Notes under the pieces: model-generated
What the model was told of the DNA's origin: nothing
The model's input: the letters and a program-made list of their open reading frames with translations, nothing else
Databases searched by the model: none
DNA from: Terriglobia bacterium
GTDB lineage: Bacteria > Acidobacteriota > Polarisedimenticolia > Polarisedimenticolales > JAIQFR01
Assembly: GCA_963748015.1 (NCBI GenBank)
Contig: CAVVHE010000009.1
Span: forward strand, 96,001 to 160,000
Direction: 5' to 3'
Length of the DNA: 64,000 bases
Translations under genes and position numbers: made by a program
Shown: positions 10,227-23,087 of the stretch, one piece after another
How positions within the stretch are numbered: the first letter of the stretch is position 1
Layout: each line of letters opens with the position of its first letter

Positions 10227-10925
10227 TCAGGCCTCGCCGCCGCGCGCGACGGGTGCCACCGTGATCTGCTTGAGGAACCCGTCGCCGACCGAGTGGGAGC
10301 GCAGCCCGGGGAACTCGCGCACGGTCAGGTGGACGAGCCGCCGCTCGTAAGGGTTCATCGAGTGCAACTTCTTCGGACGGCCGGTGCGGACGACCTGGCG
10401 GGCGACCTCGCGCGCCATCTCGACGAGGTCCTCCTCGCGCCGGTCGCGGAACCCCTCGCACTCGACCATGACGTGGTCGATCTCCGGCCACGCCCTGCGC
10501 GCCATGCGGTTGAGAAGGAACTGCAGCGCGCCGAGCAGCTCCGCCTCCTTGTGCAGGAGGGCGCGCCGGTCTTCGCCGTCGAGGTGGACCCTCACCGCGT
10601 CTCCGGCCGCCTTCGCGCTGACGTCGAGGTCGAAGCCCATCAGTTGCACCATCCGGCGGACCGTCTCCTCCACGGAACGGGCCACGGAAGGCTCGCTCGC
10701 GCGGGGCGGAGCAGCCGGTGGAGGCGCCGCTTCGCGCTCTTGATTCCCGGTCTCCGGCGCGGCCACGAGGATCCGGACGAGCTTCACGCCGAGGCCGAAC
10801 AGGCCCCGGCGGCCTTCCTCGACGATCCGGAACTCCAGGCTCTCGCGGGGAACACCCAACTCCCGGGAAGCCGCATTGAGGGCTTCCTCGAGATCCTTCC
10901 CCTCGAACTCGCGCTCGACCCGCAT
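10227..10925 (-). CDS. jag: Jag/EloR (KhpB) RNA-binding protein
   Basis: Jag N-terminus (EGKDLEEAL..GRRGLFGLG), KH region, R3H motif MNPYERRLVH. Confidence 0.93.
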   Translation of the reverse strand: MRVEREFEGKDLEEALNAASRELGVPRESLEFRIVEEGRRGLFGLGVKLVRILVAAPETGNQEREAAPPPAAPPRASEPSVARSVEETVRRMVQLMGFDLDVSAKAAGDAVRVHLDGEDRRALLHKEAELLGALQFLLNRMARRAWPEIDHVMVECEGFRDRREEDLVEMAREVARQVVRTGRPKKLHSMNPYERRLVHLTVREFPGLRSHSVGDGFLKQITVAPVARGGEA

Positions 10926-10931
10926 CGCGAA

Positions 10932-12665
10932 TCAGGCCTTCTGCGCCGCTTCGGTCCGGCTGATGTGACGGTTCACGAGCCACTGCTGGCCGATGCCGAG
11001 CAAGTTGTTCACGAGCCAGTATAGGACGAGACCGCTCGGGAGGTTGAGGAACATGATGGTGAAGACCACGGGCATCATCATCATCATCCGCTGCTGCATC
11101 GGGTCGCCGGCCTTGGTGGTCGTCATCGCCTGCTGGAGGAACATGGTCCCGCCCATCAGGATCGGCGTGACGTAGAACGGGTCCTTGAGCGTCAGGTCGG
11201 AGATCCAGCCGACGAACGGCGCTCCCCGCAACTCCACCGCGACCGTGAGCATGTTGTAGAACGCGATCAGGATCGGGAACTGGGCGAGCATCGGCAGGCA
11301 CCCCGACATGCCCCCCATCGGGTTGACCCCCTCCTTCTTGTAGAGGGCCATCATCTCCTCGTTCATCTTCCCGCGGTCCTGCGCGTCCTTCATCTTCTTG
11401 TACTTGGCCTTGATCGCGTTGATCTTCGGCTGGATGCGCTGCATGTCGGTCTGCATCTTCCGCATGTTCACCATCGAGTACTGGTTGAGCGGGAAGAGCA
11501 CCAAGCGCAGGGCCACGGTGGCGAGGATGATGGCGAGACCGTAGTTCGCCGCGACGTGGTCGTGGACCCACAGCAGCGCGAGGAACAGGTACTTCGCCAG
11601 CCAGAAGATCAGCGAGTACGACGAGAACCAGACCACCGAGTCGAGATCGTTCCCGAGCTTGCGGAGGAGGGTGTACTTCTTCGGCCCGACGTAGAGGCGC
11701 GCGCCCTCGGGAGGAACGCCGACCGAAACGACGAGCTGGGCCTCGGGCTTCGGCTCCTTGGCGTCCGCGGCGGCTCCGGCGAGCCGCTCCGGGACGATCT
11801 GGATCTGGCGGATCACCGCGCCGCCCCTGCCGGCGGCCGGAAGGAACAGCGCGGCGAAGTACTGCTCCTCGATCCCCGCCCAGCGGAGCGCGCCGTTCTC
11901 CGGGATCACGACGTCCTGCTTGACGCCGCCGCGGCTCGTCCGCGCCACGACCCCTCCCTGGTCTACGACGGCCTGGCCGGTGTAGTGGAGCTGGCGCGAG
12001 GCCTGGCTCGGATCGCGCGCCTCGAATCCGGGGCCCCAGGCGATGCGCGCCGGGACCGGCCGCCCGCGGTCCGAGACGTGGAGCGAGAGATCCACGAGAG
12101 GATCGCCCTTCCTGAAGACCAGGACCTTCTCGGCCTCGAGCCCCTTGCCGTCGGCCCACGCGAAGCGGATTCGCTCGCCGGGAGAGGCCGACTCCGCCCC
12201 GAGCGGCGAGCGCTCGACCTTGAACAGCGCGGCGTTCAGTACTTTCGTCAGCGCGGCGTCGTCGAGGTCGAACGCCAGGGGCAGGAGGTCGTCTCGCGCG
12301 GCGTATCCGGGCACGAGCTCGACCGGCTCGCCGGCGGAGTCGCGGTAGTCCTTGAGGCGCCAGGACGCCACGCGTCCGCCCTTGTTCGTCAGGACGACCG
12401 CGGAGACGTCGGTTTCGACGCGCACCGTCTCCGCCTTCTCGGCCTCGACCTGAGACGGCGGGGAAGACGGAGCCGCCGCCTCGACCGCCGCCGGGGCCGG
12501 GGCCGCGGGGGTCGCGGGCGCCGCGCCGCCCGCCGCGGGCGTGGCGGCGGGACCGGCTGCGGGCGCGCCCGCCGGTCGCACCGGCTGCTGCGCGGGGAAC
12601 AGCCAGTACCAGCCGAGGAGCACGACGAACGACAACGCGATGGCGATGAGGGCGCGCTTCTCCAT
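10932..12665 (-). CDS. yidC: Membrane protein insertase YidC
   Basis: MEKRALIAIALS, LYVGPK, NYGLAIILAT, GCLPMLAQFP, PSGLVLYWLVNN. Confidence 0.97.
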   Translation of the reverse strand: MEKRALIAIALSFVVLLGWYWLFPAQQPVRPAGAPAAGPAATPAAGGAAPATPAAPAPAAVEAAAPSSPPSQVEAEKAETVRVETDVSAVVLTNKGGRVASWRLKDYRDSAGEPVELVPGYAARDDLLPLAFDLDDAALTKVLNAALFKVERSPLGAESASPGERIRFAWADGKGLEAEKVLVFRKGDPLVDLSLHVSDRGRPVPARIAWGPGFEARDPSQASRQLHYTGQAVVDQGGVVARTSRGGVKQDVVIPENGALRWAGIEEQYFAALFLPAAGRGGAVIRQIQIVPERLAGAAADAKEPKPEAQLVVSVGVPPEGARLYVGPKKYTLLRKLGNDLDSVVWFSSYSLIFWLAKYLFLALLWVHDHVAANYGLAIILATVALRLVLFPLNQYSMVNMRKMQTDMQRIQPKINAIKAKYKKMKDAQDRGKMNEEMMALYKKEGVNPMGGMSGCLPMLAQFPILIAFYNMLTVAVELRGAPFVGWISDLTLKDPFYVTPILMGGTMFLQQAMTTTKAGDPMQQRMMMMMPVVFTIMFLNLPSGLVLYWLVNNLLGIGQQWLVNRHISRTEAAQKA

Positions 12666-12668
12666 GAC

Positions 12669-12971
12669 CTAGGACCTCTTGCCTGAGCCGGCGTGACTTC
12701 GAGGTTGAGACACGGGAGCTGTCCTCCGTGCGTCGGTGGGAGCGCCGGGGCGCGGACCCGGGACCGGGTCGAAGCCGCCGCGGCCCCACGGGTGGCATCG
12801 AAGGAGCCGTGAGAGTGCTAGGGCCAAGCCTCGAGCCACGCCGTGAAGCTGCACCGCCTCGGCCGCGTACTCCGAGCAGGTCGGCTCGAAGCGGCACGCC
12901 GGGGGGAGCAGGGGAGAGAGGAGTCGCTTGTAGGCGCGGAACGCGGAGGCGAGTACCACGCGCGGCGTCAT
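12669..12971 (-). CDS. yidD: Membrane protein insertion efficiency factor YidD
   Basis: [31 protein letters not shown]. Confidence 0.95.
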   Translation of the reverse strand: MTPRVVLASAFRAYKRLLSPLLPPACRFEPTCSEYAAEAVQLHGVARGLALALSRLLRCHPWGRGGFDPVPGPRPGAPTDARRTAPVSQPRSHAGSGKRS

Positions 12972-13381
12972 GACCGGAACCGCCTCGCGATCTCGCCGAA
13001 ACGGTCGAGAAACTCCCGCTCGATGGCGGCGGTCGAAACGACCGGCGCTCCCGGCCTGGCGTTCAGCACGAGATCGAGGGCCGGAGAGAGCCCGGCCCGG
13101 TGGCGGCGGAAGACATCCCGCAGGACGCGCTTGATTCGGTTCCGCTGCACGGACGATCCCACCTTGCGCGTGACGGTGATGCCGAGCCGGCAGTGACCGG
13201 TGGTGTTGGGCAGGGCGAACATCACGAAGGACGTGGAGCCCGCGCGGCGACCCTTCTCGTAGACTGCGAGGAACTGGCGCCGAGCGGTGAGGCGGAAGGC
13301 TCGAGGAAACCGTGCGACCCGGTCCCGCGGCTCAGACCGCGATCCGCTTGCGTCCCTTCCTGCGTCGCCGGGACAGAACAA
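12968..13381 (-). CDS. rnpA: Ribonuclease P protein component
   Basis: [28 protein letters not shown]; the only canonical start is a TTG inside rpmH. Confidence 0.9.
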   Translation of the reverse strand: MFCPGDAGRDASGSRSEPRDRVARFPRAFRLTARRQFLAVYEKGRRAGSTSFVMFALPNTTGHCRLGITVTRKVGSSVQRNRIKRVLRDVFRRHRAGLSPALDLVLNARPGAPVVSTAAIEREFLDRFGEIARRFRS

Positions 13382-13466
13382 GCTGTCCCCCCTTGGAGCG
13401 CATGCGGACCAGGAACCCGTGGGTCTTCTTGCGTCTCCGGTTGTTCGGCTGAAAAGTCCGCTTCAT
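13332..13466 (-). CDS. rpmH: 50S ribosomal protein L34 (below the ORF-track cutoff; translated by hand)
   Basis: [44 protein letters not shown]. Confidence 0.97.
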   Translation of the reverse strand: MKRTFQPNNRRRKKTHGFLVRMRSKGGQLVLSRRRRKGRKRIAV

Positions 13467-13504
13467 CTGACTCGGCCCTCAGAACTTGTCCGACGAAAAC
13501 GGTC

Positions 13505-13533
13505 ATGGTAGGGAAGCGTCGGCCGGCTGTCAA
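13505..13533 (-). promoter_or_regulatory. Putative sigma70 promoter of rpmH operon
   Basis: TTGACA-N17-TACCAT. Confidence 0.7.
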
Positions 13534-13714
13534 GCGGTTGAAACTCGGATCGCCACTGTGGTAGTCTCCGCGCGCCCGTTAGGCACGAGTCCAGTTGTCG
13601 CAAGGTCGAATCATGAAAACGTCGCGAGCGGTGTCGGCCGTCGAGGCGCCGTGCCAAGGAGTGGGTGTCCGCCCTCTTCTCGAGGGAATCGTGCGGCTTG
13701 GCGCGGGCCGGAAA

Positions 13715-13830
13715 TCGAGTTTACATAATATTTACGGCGCCTGCGAAGACGCCGGGCCGAACCCCCCATCGGGTCACCACTTAACGGACCGTCCCGTTTT
13801 CCACACCTGTGGAAAACCTGTGCACCAATA
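13715..13830. other. oriC region, part upstream of dnaA
   Basis: AT-rich TTTACATAATATTTAC tract; DnaA-box-like TTTTCCACA (13797-13805) and TGTGGAAAA (13808-13816). Confidence 0.65.
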
Positions 13831-13897
13831 GTCGGGGTCTTAGAGCCGCAAGCCCTGGATTTTCAACGGATCGGCAGGCATCTTCCGGAGGACCGCC

Positions 13898-15226
13898 GTG
13901 CTCGAGCCGAGTTCGAACAACACGTGGGACCGGGTGCTCGGTCGAATCGAGTCCAAGGTCAACGCGAGATCGTTCAGCACCTGGTTCAAGCCCACGCAGC
14001 TCCTGAGCGAAGACGCGGAAGGACTCTCGGTCCGCGTCCCGAACAGCTGGTTCGCCGAGTGGCTCAACACCAATTACCTGCCGCTGATCCAGGACGCGCT
14101 CAGGGACATCGAGCGCCCCGGCATGAGCGTGCGGTTCTACGCCGAGGACGGCGTGGTCGCGGCGGCGGCCGAGCCGGCAATCGCCCAAGCACCCGTGGTC
14201 GCCGAGCCGAGCGGCCCCTGGCTGAACCCGCGCTACACCTTCGACACCTTCGTCGTCTCCTCGTGCAACCAGTTCGCCCATGCCGCGGCGATGGCGGTCG
14301 CCGAGCAGCCGACCCGCGCCTACAACCCGCTCTATGTCTACGGCGGGGTGGGACTCGGCAAGACCCACCTGATGCAGGCGATCGGGAACCGGATCCTCAA
14401 GAAAGGCCCGGTGAGGATGCGGTACATCTCCACCGAGCACTTCATGAACGAGCTGATCAACGCGATCCGCTTCGAGAAGACGCTGGAGTTCAAGGAGAAG
14501 TACCGGAGCGTGGACCTGCTCCTGATCGACGACATCCAGTTTCTCGCCGGCAAGGAGAGGACGCAGGAGGAGTTCTTCCACACCTTCAACGCCCTCTACG
14601 ACGCCCAGAGGCAGATCGTCATCACGAGCGACTGCCAGCCTCGCGAGATACCGACCCTCGAGGAGCGCCTGCGGTCCCGGTTCGAGTGGGGGCTGATCGC
14701 CGACATCCAGCCCCCGGACCTCGAGACGAAGGTGGCGATCCTGAGGAAGAAGGCGGAGGCGGAGCGAACCGTCCTGCCCGACGACGTCGCCCTCTTCATC
14801 GCCTCGAACAGCAAGTCGAACATCCGCGAGCTCGAGGGCTCGCTGATCCGGGTGATCGCGTACGCGTCCATGTCGGGGCGGGAGATCACGCTCGAGCTCG
14901 CGAAGGAGACCCTCCGCGACCTCCTGAGCCAGACGGCGCCGATGATCACCGTCGACAGCATCCAGAAGCTGGTGGCCGACACGTACAACCTGAAGGTCAG
15001 CGTCCTCAAGTCGCGCAACAACCGGCACGAGGTCTCCTTCCCGCGGCAGGTCGCGATGTACCTCTGCAAGCAGCTGACCGACGCTTCGCTACCGGACATC
15101 GGGCGACGCTTCGGCGGCAAGCACCACTCGACCGTGATCCACGGGATCCAGAAGATCGAGGCGAAGCGGCAGAAAGAGAAAGAGTTCGACCGGATGCTCG
15201 AGAACCTGATGCAGTCTTTGAAGTGA
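13898..15226 (+). CDS. dnaA: Chromosomal replication initiator DnaA
   Basis: YNPLYVYGGVGLGKTHL, DDIQF, QEEFFHTFN, RLRSRFEWGL, domain IV RQVAMYL. Confidence 0.99.
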   Translation: MLEPSSNNTWDRVLGRIESKVNARSFSTWFKPTQLLSEDAEGLSVRVPNSWFAEWLNTNYLPLIQDALRDIERPGMSVRFYAEDGVVAAAAEPAIAQAPVVAEPSGPWLNPRYTFDTFVVSSCNQFAHAAAMAVAEQPTRAYNPLYVYGGVGLGKTHLMQAIGNRILKKGPVRMRYISTEHFMNELINAIRFEKTLEFKEKYRSVDLLLIDDIQFLAGKERTQEEFFHTFNALYDAQRQIVITSDCQPREIPTLEERLRSRFEWGLIADIQPPDLETKVAILRKKAEAERTVLPDDVALFIASNSKSNIRELEGSLIRVIAYASMSGREITLELAKETLRDLLSQTAPMITVDSIQKLVADTYNLKVSVLKSRNNRHEVSFPRQVAMYLCKQLTDASLPDIGRRFGGKHHSTVIHGIQKIEAKRQKEKEFDRMLENLMQSLK

Positions 15227-15471
15227 GGTTGTCCGCCTTTCCCACAGGGGCCGCGGTGGAAAAGGTGTGGAATCCTCGGGCGCGGCGTTGATAAGCTCGG
15301 GCGCGTGGCCGGCTGCGGAAAACGGGCAAGGAACCGCGTGGCGGCGTCCACAGGGAAAGAGGAGGCCCCGCAAGCGGTTGGACGGGAATCCGCATCTTCC
15401 ACCGCGCTACGGGTTCTGCTAGGTTTCCTTCTCCCCTGGGAAAAGATGGGGAGTCGGGAAGAGAGGTCCTC
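15227..15471. other. oriC region, dnaA-dnaN intergenic DnaA-box cluster
   Basis: Degenerate boxes TTTCCCACA (15238), GGTGGAAAA (15255), TGTGGAATC (15266), TGCGGAAAA, GTCCACA. Confidence 0.6.
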
Positions 15472-16623
15472 ATGGAGTTCGTGATCCAGAAGAGCGATTT
15501 GGTCCGCGAGCTGCAGACCGTGACCGGAGTCGTCGAGAAGAGGACGACGCTCCCGATCCTCGCAAACCTGCTGCTCGAGGTGCAGGCGGGCACGATCCAG
15601 GTCGGCGCGAGCGATCTCGAGATCAGCATCCGCGGAAAGGTGCCGGCGAAGGTGAAAGGGAGCGGAAGCGTGACGCTCCCGGCCAACAAGCTTCACGAGA
15701 TCGCGCGTCTCCTGCCGGGATCCGAGGTCACGTTCAAGGTCCTCGAGAGAAGCCAGGTCGCGATCTCTTGCGAGCGGACGCGGTACAAGATCGCCGGGCA
15801 GCCGAGGGACGAGTTCCCGAGCTTCCTCGACGTGGAGCAGGCGGAGGCGATGCAGGTCCCGGGAGGGATGCTCCGCAGGATGATCGCCCGGGTCGCGTTC
15901 GCTGCGAGCATGGAGTCCATGGACCCGTCCCTGAGGGGAGCGCTGTTCCTCATGCAGAAGGGACAGATCACCCTGGTGGCGACCGACGGGTACCGCCTGG
16001 CCTACGTGTCGCAGAAGGCCGCGATCGCGCCGGCCGGAGGCGAGGTGAAGCTGGTCGTTCCCCGCAAGGCGCTGCTCGAGCTGCAGAAGCTCCTCGGCGA
16101 CGTGGCGGACGGAGAGAACATCTCCTTCGGCACCAAGGGGAACCACGTTTTCTTCATCGTCGGGAGCCACGTTCTGACCTCCACGGTGCCGGTCCTCAAC
16201 TTCCCGAAGTACGACCAGGTCATGCCCAAGGCCTATCAGACCTCGATCGAGCTTCCGACCGAGGGGCTGATGGAATCCGTGAGGCGCGTCGCCCTGCTCG
16301 CGAGCGACCGCTTCGGCCGGGTGGTCAAGTTCGAGCTCTCCTCGGGCAAGCTCGAGTTGAGCAGCGGAACCGAGATGGGCGAGGCGGCCGACGAGCTGCC
16401 GGTCGAGTACGAGGGGGAAGAGCGAAAGGTGTCCTTCAGCGCCCAGTTCATCCTCGACTTCCTGTCCGTCGTGGACACGGCGAACGTGCGGATGCAGATG
16501 GAGCCGACCGCCCAGGGAGATGCCGACCGCGCCCGCCGCGGCACGGACGCCCCGGTCGAGTTCCGCCCCGGCGTCTCGGAGGACATGGAGTACCGCTACA
16601 TCGTGATGCCGCGGAACCTCTGA
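15472..16623 (+). CDS. dnaN: DNA polymerase III beta clamp
   Basis: TLPILANLL, SDLEISI, VATDGYRLA, terminal YIVMP. Confidence 0.97.
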   Translation: MEFVIQKSDLVRELQTVTGVVEKRTTLPILANLLLEVQAGTIQVGASDLEISIRGKVPAKVKGSGSVTLPANKLHEIARLLPGSEVTFKVLERSQVAISCERTRYKIAGQPRDEFPSFLDVEQAEAMQVPGGMLRRMIARVAFAASMESMDPSLRGALFLMQKGQITLVATDGYRLAYVSQKAAIAPAGGEVKLVVPRKALLELQKLLGDVADGENISFGTKGNHVFFIVGSHVLTSTVPVLNFPKYDQVMPKAYQTSIELPTEGLMESVRRVALLASDRFGRVVKFELSSGKLELSSGTEMGEAADELPVEYEGEERKVSFSAQFILDFLSVVDTANVRMQMEPTAQGDADRARRGTDAPVEFRPGVSEDMEYRYIVMPRNL

Positions 16624-16678
16624 GGGCGGCCCCACGACCAACGTTCGCCGAAATAGCGAATCCCTTCTCGGTGCCTCG

Positions 16679-16844
16679 GACCCTCGCACCCGCACGGCGG
16701 GTACCATCCCGCGGCGCGCTTCGGCGTTGCGCGGCGCAAGTCGCCGCGCCGCCTCGCTCCGCTCTTCGCTCGGCCGTCCGCGGAAGAGACGGCCTCGCGA
16801 AGAGAGGGCCGCGGGATGGTACCCGCCGTGCGGGTGCGAGGGTC
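16679..16844 (+). repeat. Branched-hairpin intergenic repeat, copy D
   Basis: 37-bp perfect inverted arms (16679-16715 / 16808-16844); core closest to copy C. Confidence 0.85.
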
Positions 16845-16891
16845 AACGTCGAGAGCGAAGGTAACGCGGGCCGCTTACTGCAGAACCACCA

Positions 16892-17998
16892 ATGCATCTG
16901 ATCTCCCTTCAGGCCGACAGGCTTCGCAATCTCAAGGCGGTGGCGATCGAGCTGCCGGCGGGGCTCTCCGTGCTCGTCGGGAGGAACGGCGAGGGGAAGA
17001 CGAGCGTTCTCGAGGCGGCGTACCTGCTGGCGACGGGGCGGTCGTTCCGCACGAGGCGGCTACCCGAGCTGGTCGCCTGGGGCGGCGGGCCGCTGAGGGT
17101 CGGCGGGAGGGTCCGCGACCGGCGAGGGGAGTCGCGGCTGGCCGTGGTCATCGACGGGCCGGACCGGAGGCTGTCGGTGGACGGCGCCGACTCGGGTCTC
17201 GAGGGGTATCTCGGGCGTCTCGACCTGATCGCGCTCCCGGCGGACTGGATGCGCGTGCTGCGGGAGGGGCCCGAGGAGCGCCGGCGGTTTCTCGACCGCG
17301 GGATCGCCGGGCTCGATCCCTCGTACCTCCGCGCCCTGGCCGATTACCGGAAGGTGCTGCTGCAGCGGAACGCGCTGCTGCGGGCGCCCCGGGGGAGCGC
17401 GCGCGGCCCGGAGCTCGACGTCTGGGACGAACGGCTCGTGGAATCGGCGGCTCGCGTGCACCGGCGGCGCCGCGAGTACGCGGTGCGCCTCGCGTCGCGC
17501 ATGGGAGAGCCGGGACGCGCTCTCTTCTCGGACGACGCCGTGCTGTCGCTCCACTATCGCCCCTCGCCCGCCAGGACGAGGGACGAGGAGCCGGACCGGT
17601 TCGCGGGGATCTTCCTCGACGCCCTTGGCGAGGGGCGGGGCAGGGACGTTTCCCTGGGGTTCACGGGGGAGGGGCCGCACCGGGACGACCTGGCGATCAC
17701 GCTCGACGGGGCCGACCTGAGAAAGTACGGATCGGCTGGGCAGGTTCGCTCGGCCATGATAGCTTTGAAGCTGTCGAAACTGGAGCTGCTCCGGGAGGAC
17801 CGGCGGGGCGCACCGCTGTTCCTCATGGATGACTTCGACTCGGACCTCGACGAGCAAAAGAGCGCGTCGGTGGTGGCGTTTCTGACGGCCAGGGGGGCGC
17901 AGGCGATCCTGGCCACCTCGAAGGAGGCCACCGCCGCGGCGCTCGGCGCGTCGCACTGCAGGATCCGGGTCGCGGGAGGGGACGCGCGGGTGGAGTGA
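16892..17998 (+). CDS. recF: DNA replication and repair protein RecF
   Basis: GRNGEGKTSVLEA, RRRFLD, GPHRDDL, GSAGQ, MDDFDSDLD. Confidence 0.95.
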   Translation: MHLISLQADRLRNLKAVAIELPAGLSVLVGRNGEGKTSVLEAAYLLATGRSFRTRRLPELVAWGGGPLRVGGRVRDRRGESRLAVVIDGPDRRLSVDGADSGLEGYLGRLDLIALPADWMRVLREGPEERRRFLDRGIAGLDPSYLRALADYRKVLLQRNALLRAPRGSARGPELDVWDERLVESAARVHRRRREYAVRLASRMGEPGRALFSDDAVLSLHYRPSPARTRDEEPDRFAGIFLDALGEGRGRDVSLGFTGEGPHRDDLAITLDGADLRKYGSAGQVRSAMIALKLSKLELLREDRRGAPLFLMDDFDSDLDEQKSASVVAFLTARGAQAILATSKEATAAALGASHCRIRVAGGDARVE

Positions 17999-18026
17999 GA
18001 GCCCGCATCAAGGCATGCGGTCCTGA

Positions 18027-20549
<2,523 letters not shown>

Positions 20550-20550
20550 G

Positions 20551-23073
20551 ATGGACGCCACCGAGAACCGCATCCCGATCAACATCGAAGAGGAGATGAA
20601 GCGCTCCTACCTGGCTTACGCCATGAGCGTGATCATCGGGCGGGCGCTACCCGACGTGCGCGACGGCCTGAAGCCGGTCCACCGGCGCGTGCTGTTCGCG
20701 ATGCACGACACCGGGAACACGGCGGACAAGGCGTACCGGAAGTCCGCGCGCACCGTCGGTACGGTGATCGGCAAGTACCACCCCCACGGCGACCAGGCGG
20801 TGTACGACACGATCGTGCGGCTGGCGCAGGACTTCTCGATGCGCTACCCGCTCGTGGACGGGCAGGGGAACTTCGGCTCCGTGGACGGCGACCCGCCGGC
20901 CGCGATGCGGTACACCGAGATCCGCCTCGATCGCCTAGCGCACGAGATGCTCCGGGACATCGAGAAGGAGACGGTGGGCTTCGTCCCGAACTACGACGGC
21001 TCGGAGCGGGAGCCGGTGGTGCTCCCGGCGGCCTTCCCGAACCTCCTCGTGAACGGCTCGGCGGGGATCGCGGTGGGGATGGCGACCAACATCCCGCCCC
21101 ACAACCTCGGCGAGGTGACCGAAGCGATCAAGCTCCTCGTCGCGAACCCCGACGTGGAGCTCGAAGAGCTGATGGAGGTCCTGCCCGGCCCCGACTTCCC
21201 GACCGCCGGGTTCATCTACGGCATCGAGGGGATCCGGCAGGCCTACGCCACCGGCCGGGGTCACATCAGGATCCGCGGCAGGGCGACGATCGAGGAGATC
21301 CGGAAGGACCGGCAGGCGATCATCATCACGGAGCTGCCGTACCAGGTCAACAAGGCGCTGCTCATCGAGGAGATCGCGGGCTTGGTCCGCGACAAGCGGA
21401 TCGAGGGGATCAGCGACATCCGCGACGAGTCCGACCGCGACGGCATCCGCGTCGTCATCGAGCTGAAGCGCGACGAGACCCCCGGCGTCATCCTCAACAA
21501 CCTTTACAAGTTCACCAAGCTCCAGGTCAGCTTCGGCATCATCAACCTCGCGATCGTCCACAACCGGCCGCAGGTCCTGAACCTCAGGGACATGCTCCGG
21601 CACTTCGTGGAGTTCCGCCGCGAGGTGATCGTGAGGCGGACGCAGTTCGACCTCAAGAAGGCCGAGGAGCGCGCCCACATCCTCGAGGGGCTCAAGCTGG
21701 CGCTCGACCACCTCGACGAGGTGATCGAGACGATCCGCCGGTCGAAGACGCCCCCCGAGGCCAAGGAGGCGCTCCGCGCCCGCTTCGGCTTCTCGGACCT
21801 CCAGGCTCAGGCGATCCTGGACATGAGGCTCCAGCGGCTCACCGGGCTCGAGCGGCAGAAGATCGTCGACGAGTACGAGGAGACGCTCAAGCTCATCGAG
21901 CGCCTGCGCCAGATCCTCGCGAGCGAGGCGATGCAGCTCCGCATCGTCGTCGACGAGCTGGAGAAGATCAAGGAGGCGTTCGCCGACCCGCGCCGCACCG
22001 AGATCGTGGCCCGCACGGAGGAGATCTCCGTCGAGGACCTGATCCAGGAGGAGGAAGTCGTCATCACGGTGAGTCATACCGGCTACATCAAGCGCACGGC
22101 GCTCTCGACCTACCGGTCGCAGCGCCGCGGCGGCAAGGGCCGGATCGGCATGACGACCCGCGAGGAGGACGCCGTCCAGCACCTCTTCGTCGCCTCCACC
22201 CACGACTACATCCTCGTCTTCCTCTCGTCGGGGCGGATGCACTGGCTCAAGGTGCACGAGATCCCGGACGTCAGCTCGTCCGGCCGCGGCAAGGCGGTCG
22301 TCAACCTGATCCGGATCACGCCGGACGACAAGGTCGCGGCGATGGTGGCGGTGCGCGACTTCCCCGCGGACCGCTACGTCGTGCTCGCGAGCCGGCGCGG
22401 CTTCGTGAAGAAGACGCCCCTCTCGGCGTTCGGGCGGCCCAGCAAGGCGGGGATCATCGCGGTCAGCCTCGACGAGGGGGACGGCGTGCTCGCGGCCGGG
22501 ATCTCGGACGGCGAGAGCGAGATCTTCATGGGGACGGTGGCGGGCAAGTCCATCCGCTACCGCGAGACGGACGTGCGGCCGATGGGGCGCAACGCGAGAG
22601 GCGTGATCGGGATCCGGATGGCGTCCGCGGACCTGCTCGTCGAGATGGAGATGCTGTCCGGCAAGCCCGACATCCTGTCGGTCACGAGCAAGGGGTACGG
22701 GAAGAGGACGGCGGCGCAGGAGTACCGCCTCCAGGGGCGCGGCGGCTCGGGGATCATCAACATGCGCACCACGACGCGGAACGGCCGCGTGGTGGCCGTC
22801 ACCGAGGTGTCCGAGGAGGACCAGGTCCTCCTGATCACGGCGCAGGGGAAGATCATCCGCATGGACGCCGCCGGCATCAGCCGGATCGGCCGCGCCACGC
22901 AAGGCGTTCGCCTGATCCAGGTGGACGAGGGGGACGAGGTGGTTTCCGCGATCCGCACCGCGGAGCGCGAGGAGGAGGGGAAGTCCGCGCCGGTGGCCAC
23001 GGCACCCGACGAGGACGAGGAGCCCCCGCGGCCGGAAGAGCTCGCCGCGGAGGACGAAGGCAACGGGGCCTGA
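20551..23073 (+). CDS. gyrA: DNA gyrase subunit A
   Basis: [28 protein letters not shown], GyrA-box QRRGGKG. Confidence 0.99.
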   Translation: MDATENRIPINIEEEMKRSYLAYAMSVIIGRALPDVRDGLKPVHRRVLFAMHDTGNTADKAYRKSARTVGTVIGKYHPHGDQAVYDTIVRLAQDFSMRYPLVDGQGNFGSVDGDPPAAMRYTEIRLDRLAHEMLRDIEKETVGFVPNYDGSEREPVVLPAAFPNLLVNGSAGIAVGMATNIPPHNLGEVTEAIKLLVANPDVELEELMEVLPGPDFPTAGFIYGIEGIRQAYATGRGHIRIRGRATIEEIRKDRQAIIITELPYQVNKALLIEEIAGLVRDKRIEGISDIRDESDRDGIRVVIELKRDETPGVILNNLYKFTKLQVSFGIINLAIVHNRPQVLNLRDMLRHFVEFRREVIVRRTQFDLKKAEERAHILEGLKLALDHLDEVIETIRRSKTPPEAKEALRARFGFSDLQAQAILDMRLQRLTGLERQKIVDEYEETLKLIERLRQILASEAMQLRIVVDELEKIKEAFADPRRTEIVARTEEISVEDLIQEEEVVITVSHTGYIKRTALSTYRSQRRGGKGRIGMTTREEDAVQHLFVASTHDYILVFLSSGRMHWLKVHEIPDVSSSGRGKAVVNLIRITPDDKVAAMVAVRDFPADRYVVLASRRGFVKKTPLSAFGRPSKAGIIAVSLDEGDGVLAAGISDGESEIFMGTVAGKSIRYRETDVRPMGRNARGVIGIRMASADLLVEMEMLSGKPDILSVTSKGYGKRTAAQEYRLQGRGGSGIINMRTTTRNGRVVAVTEVSEEDQVLLITAQGKIIRMDAAGISRIGRATQGVRLIQVDEGDEVVSAIRTAEREEEGKSAPVATAPDEDEEPPRPEELAAEDEGNGA

Positions 23074-23087
23074 CCCGAGGAGCGCAC

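Noticed and set aside
13222..13533. Thermus-style rnpA starting upstream of rpmH
   Set aside because: This frame stops at 13222 and is not the RnpA frame
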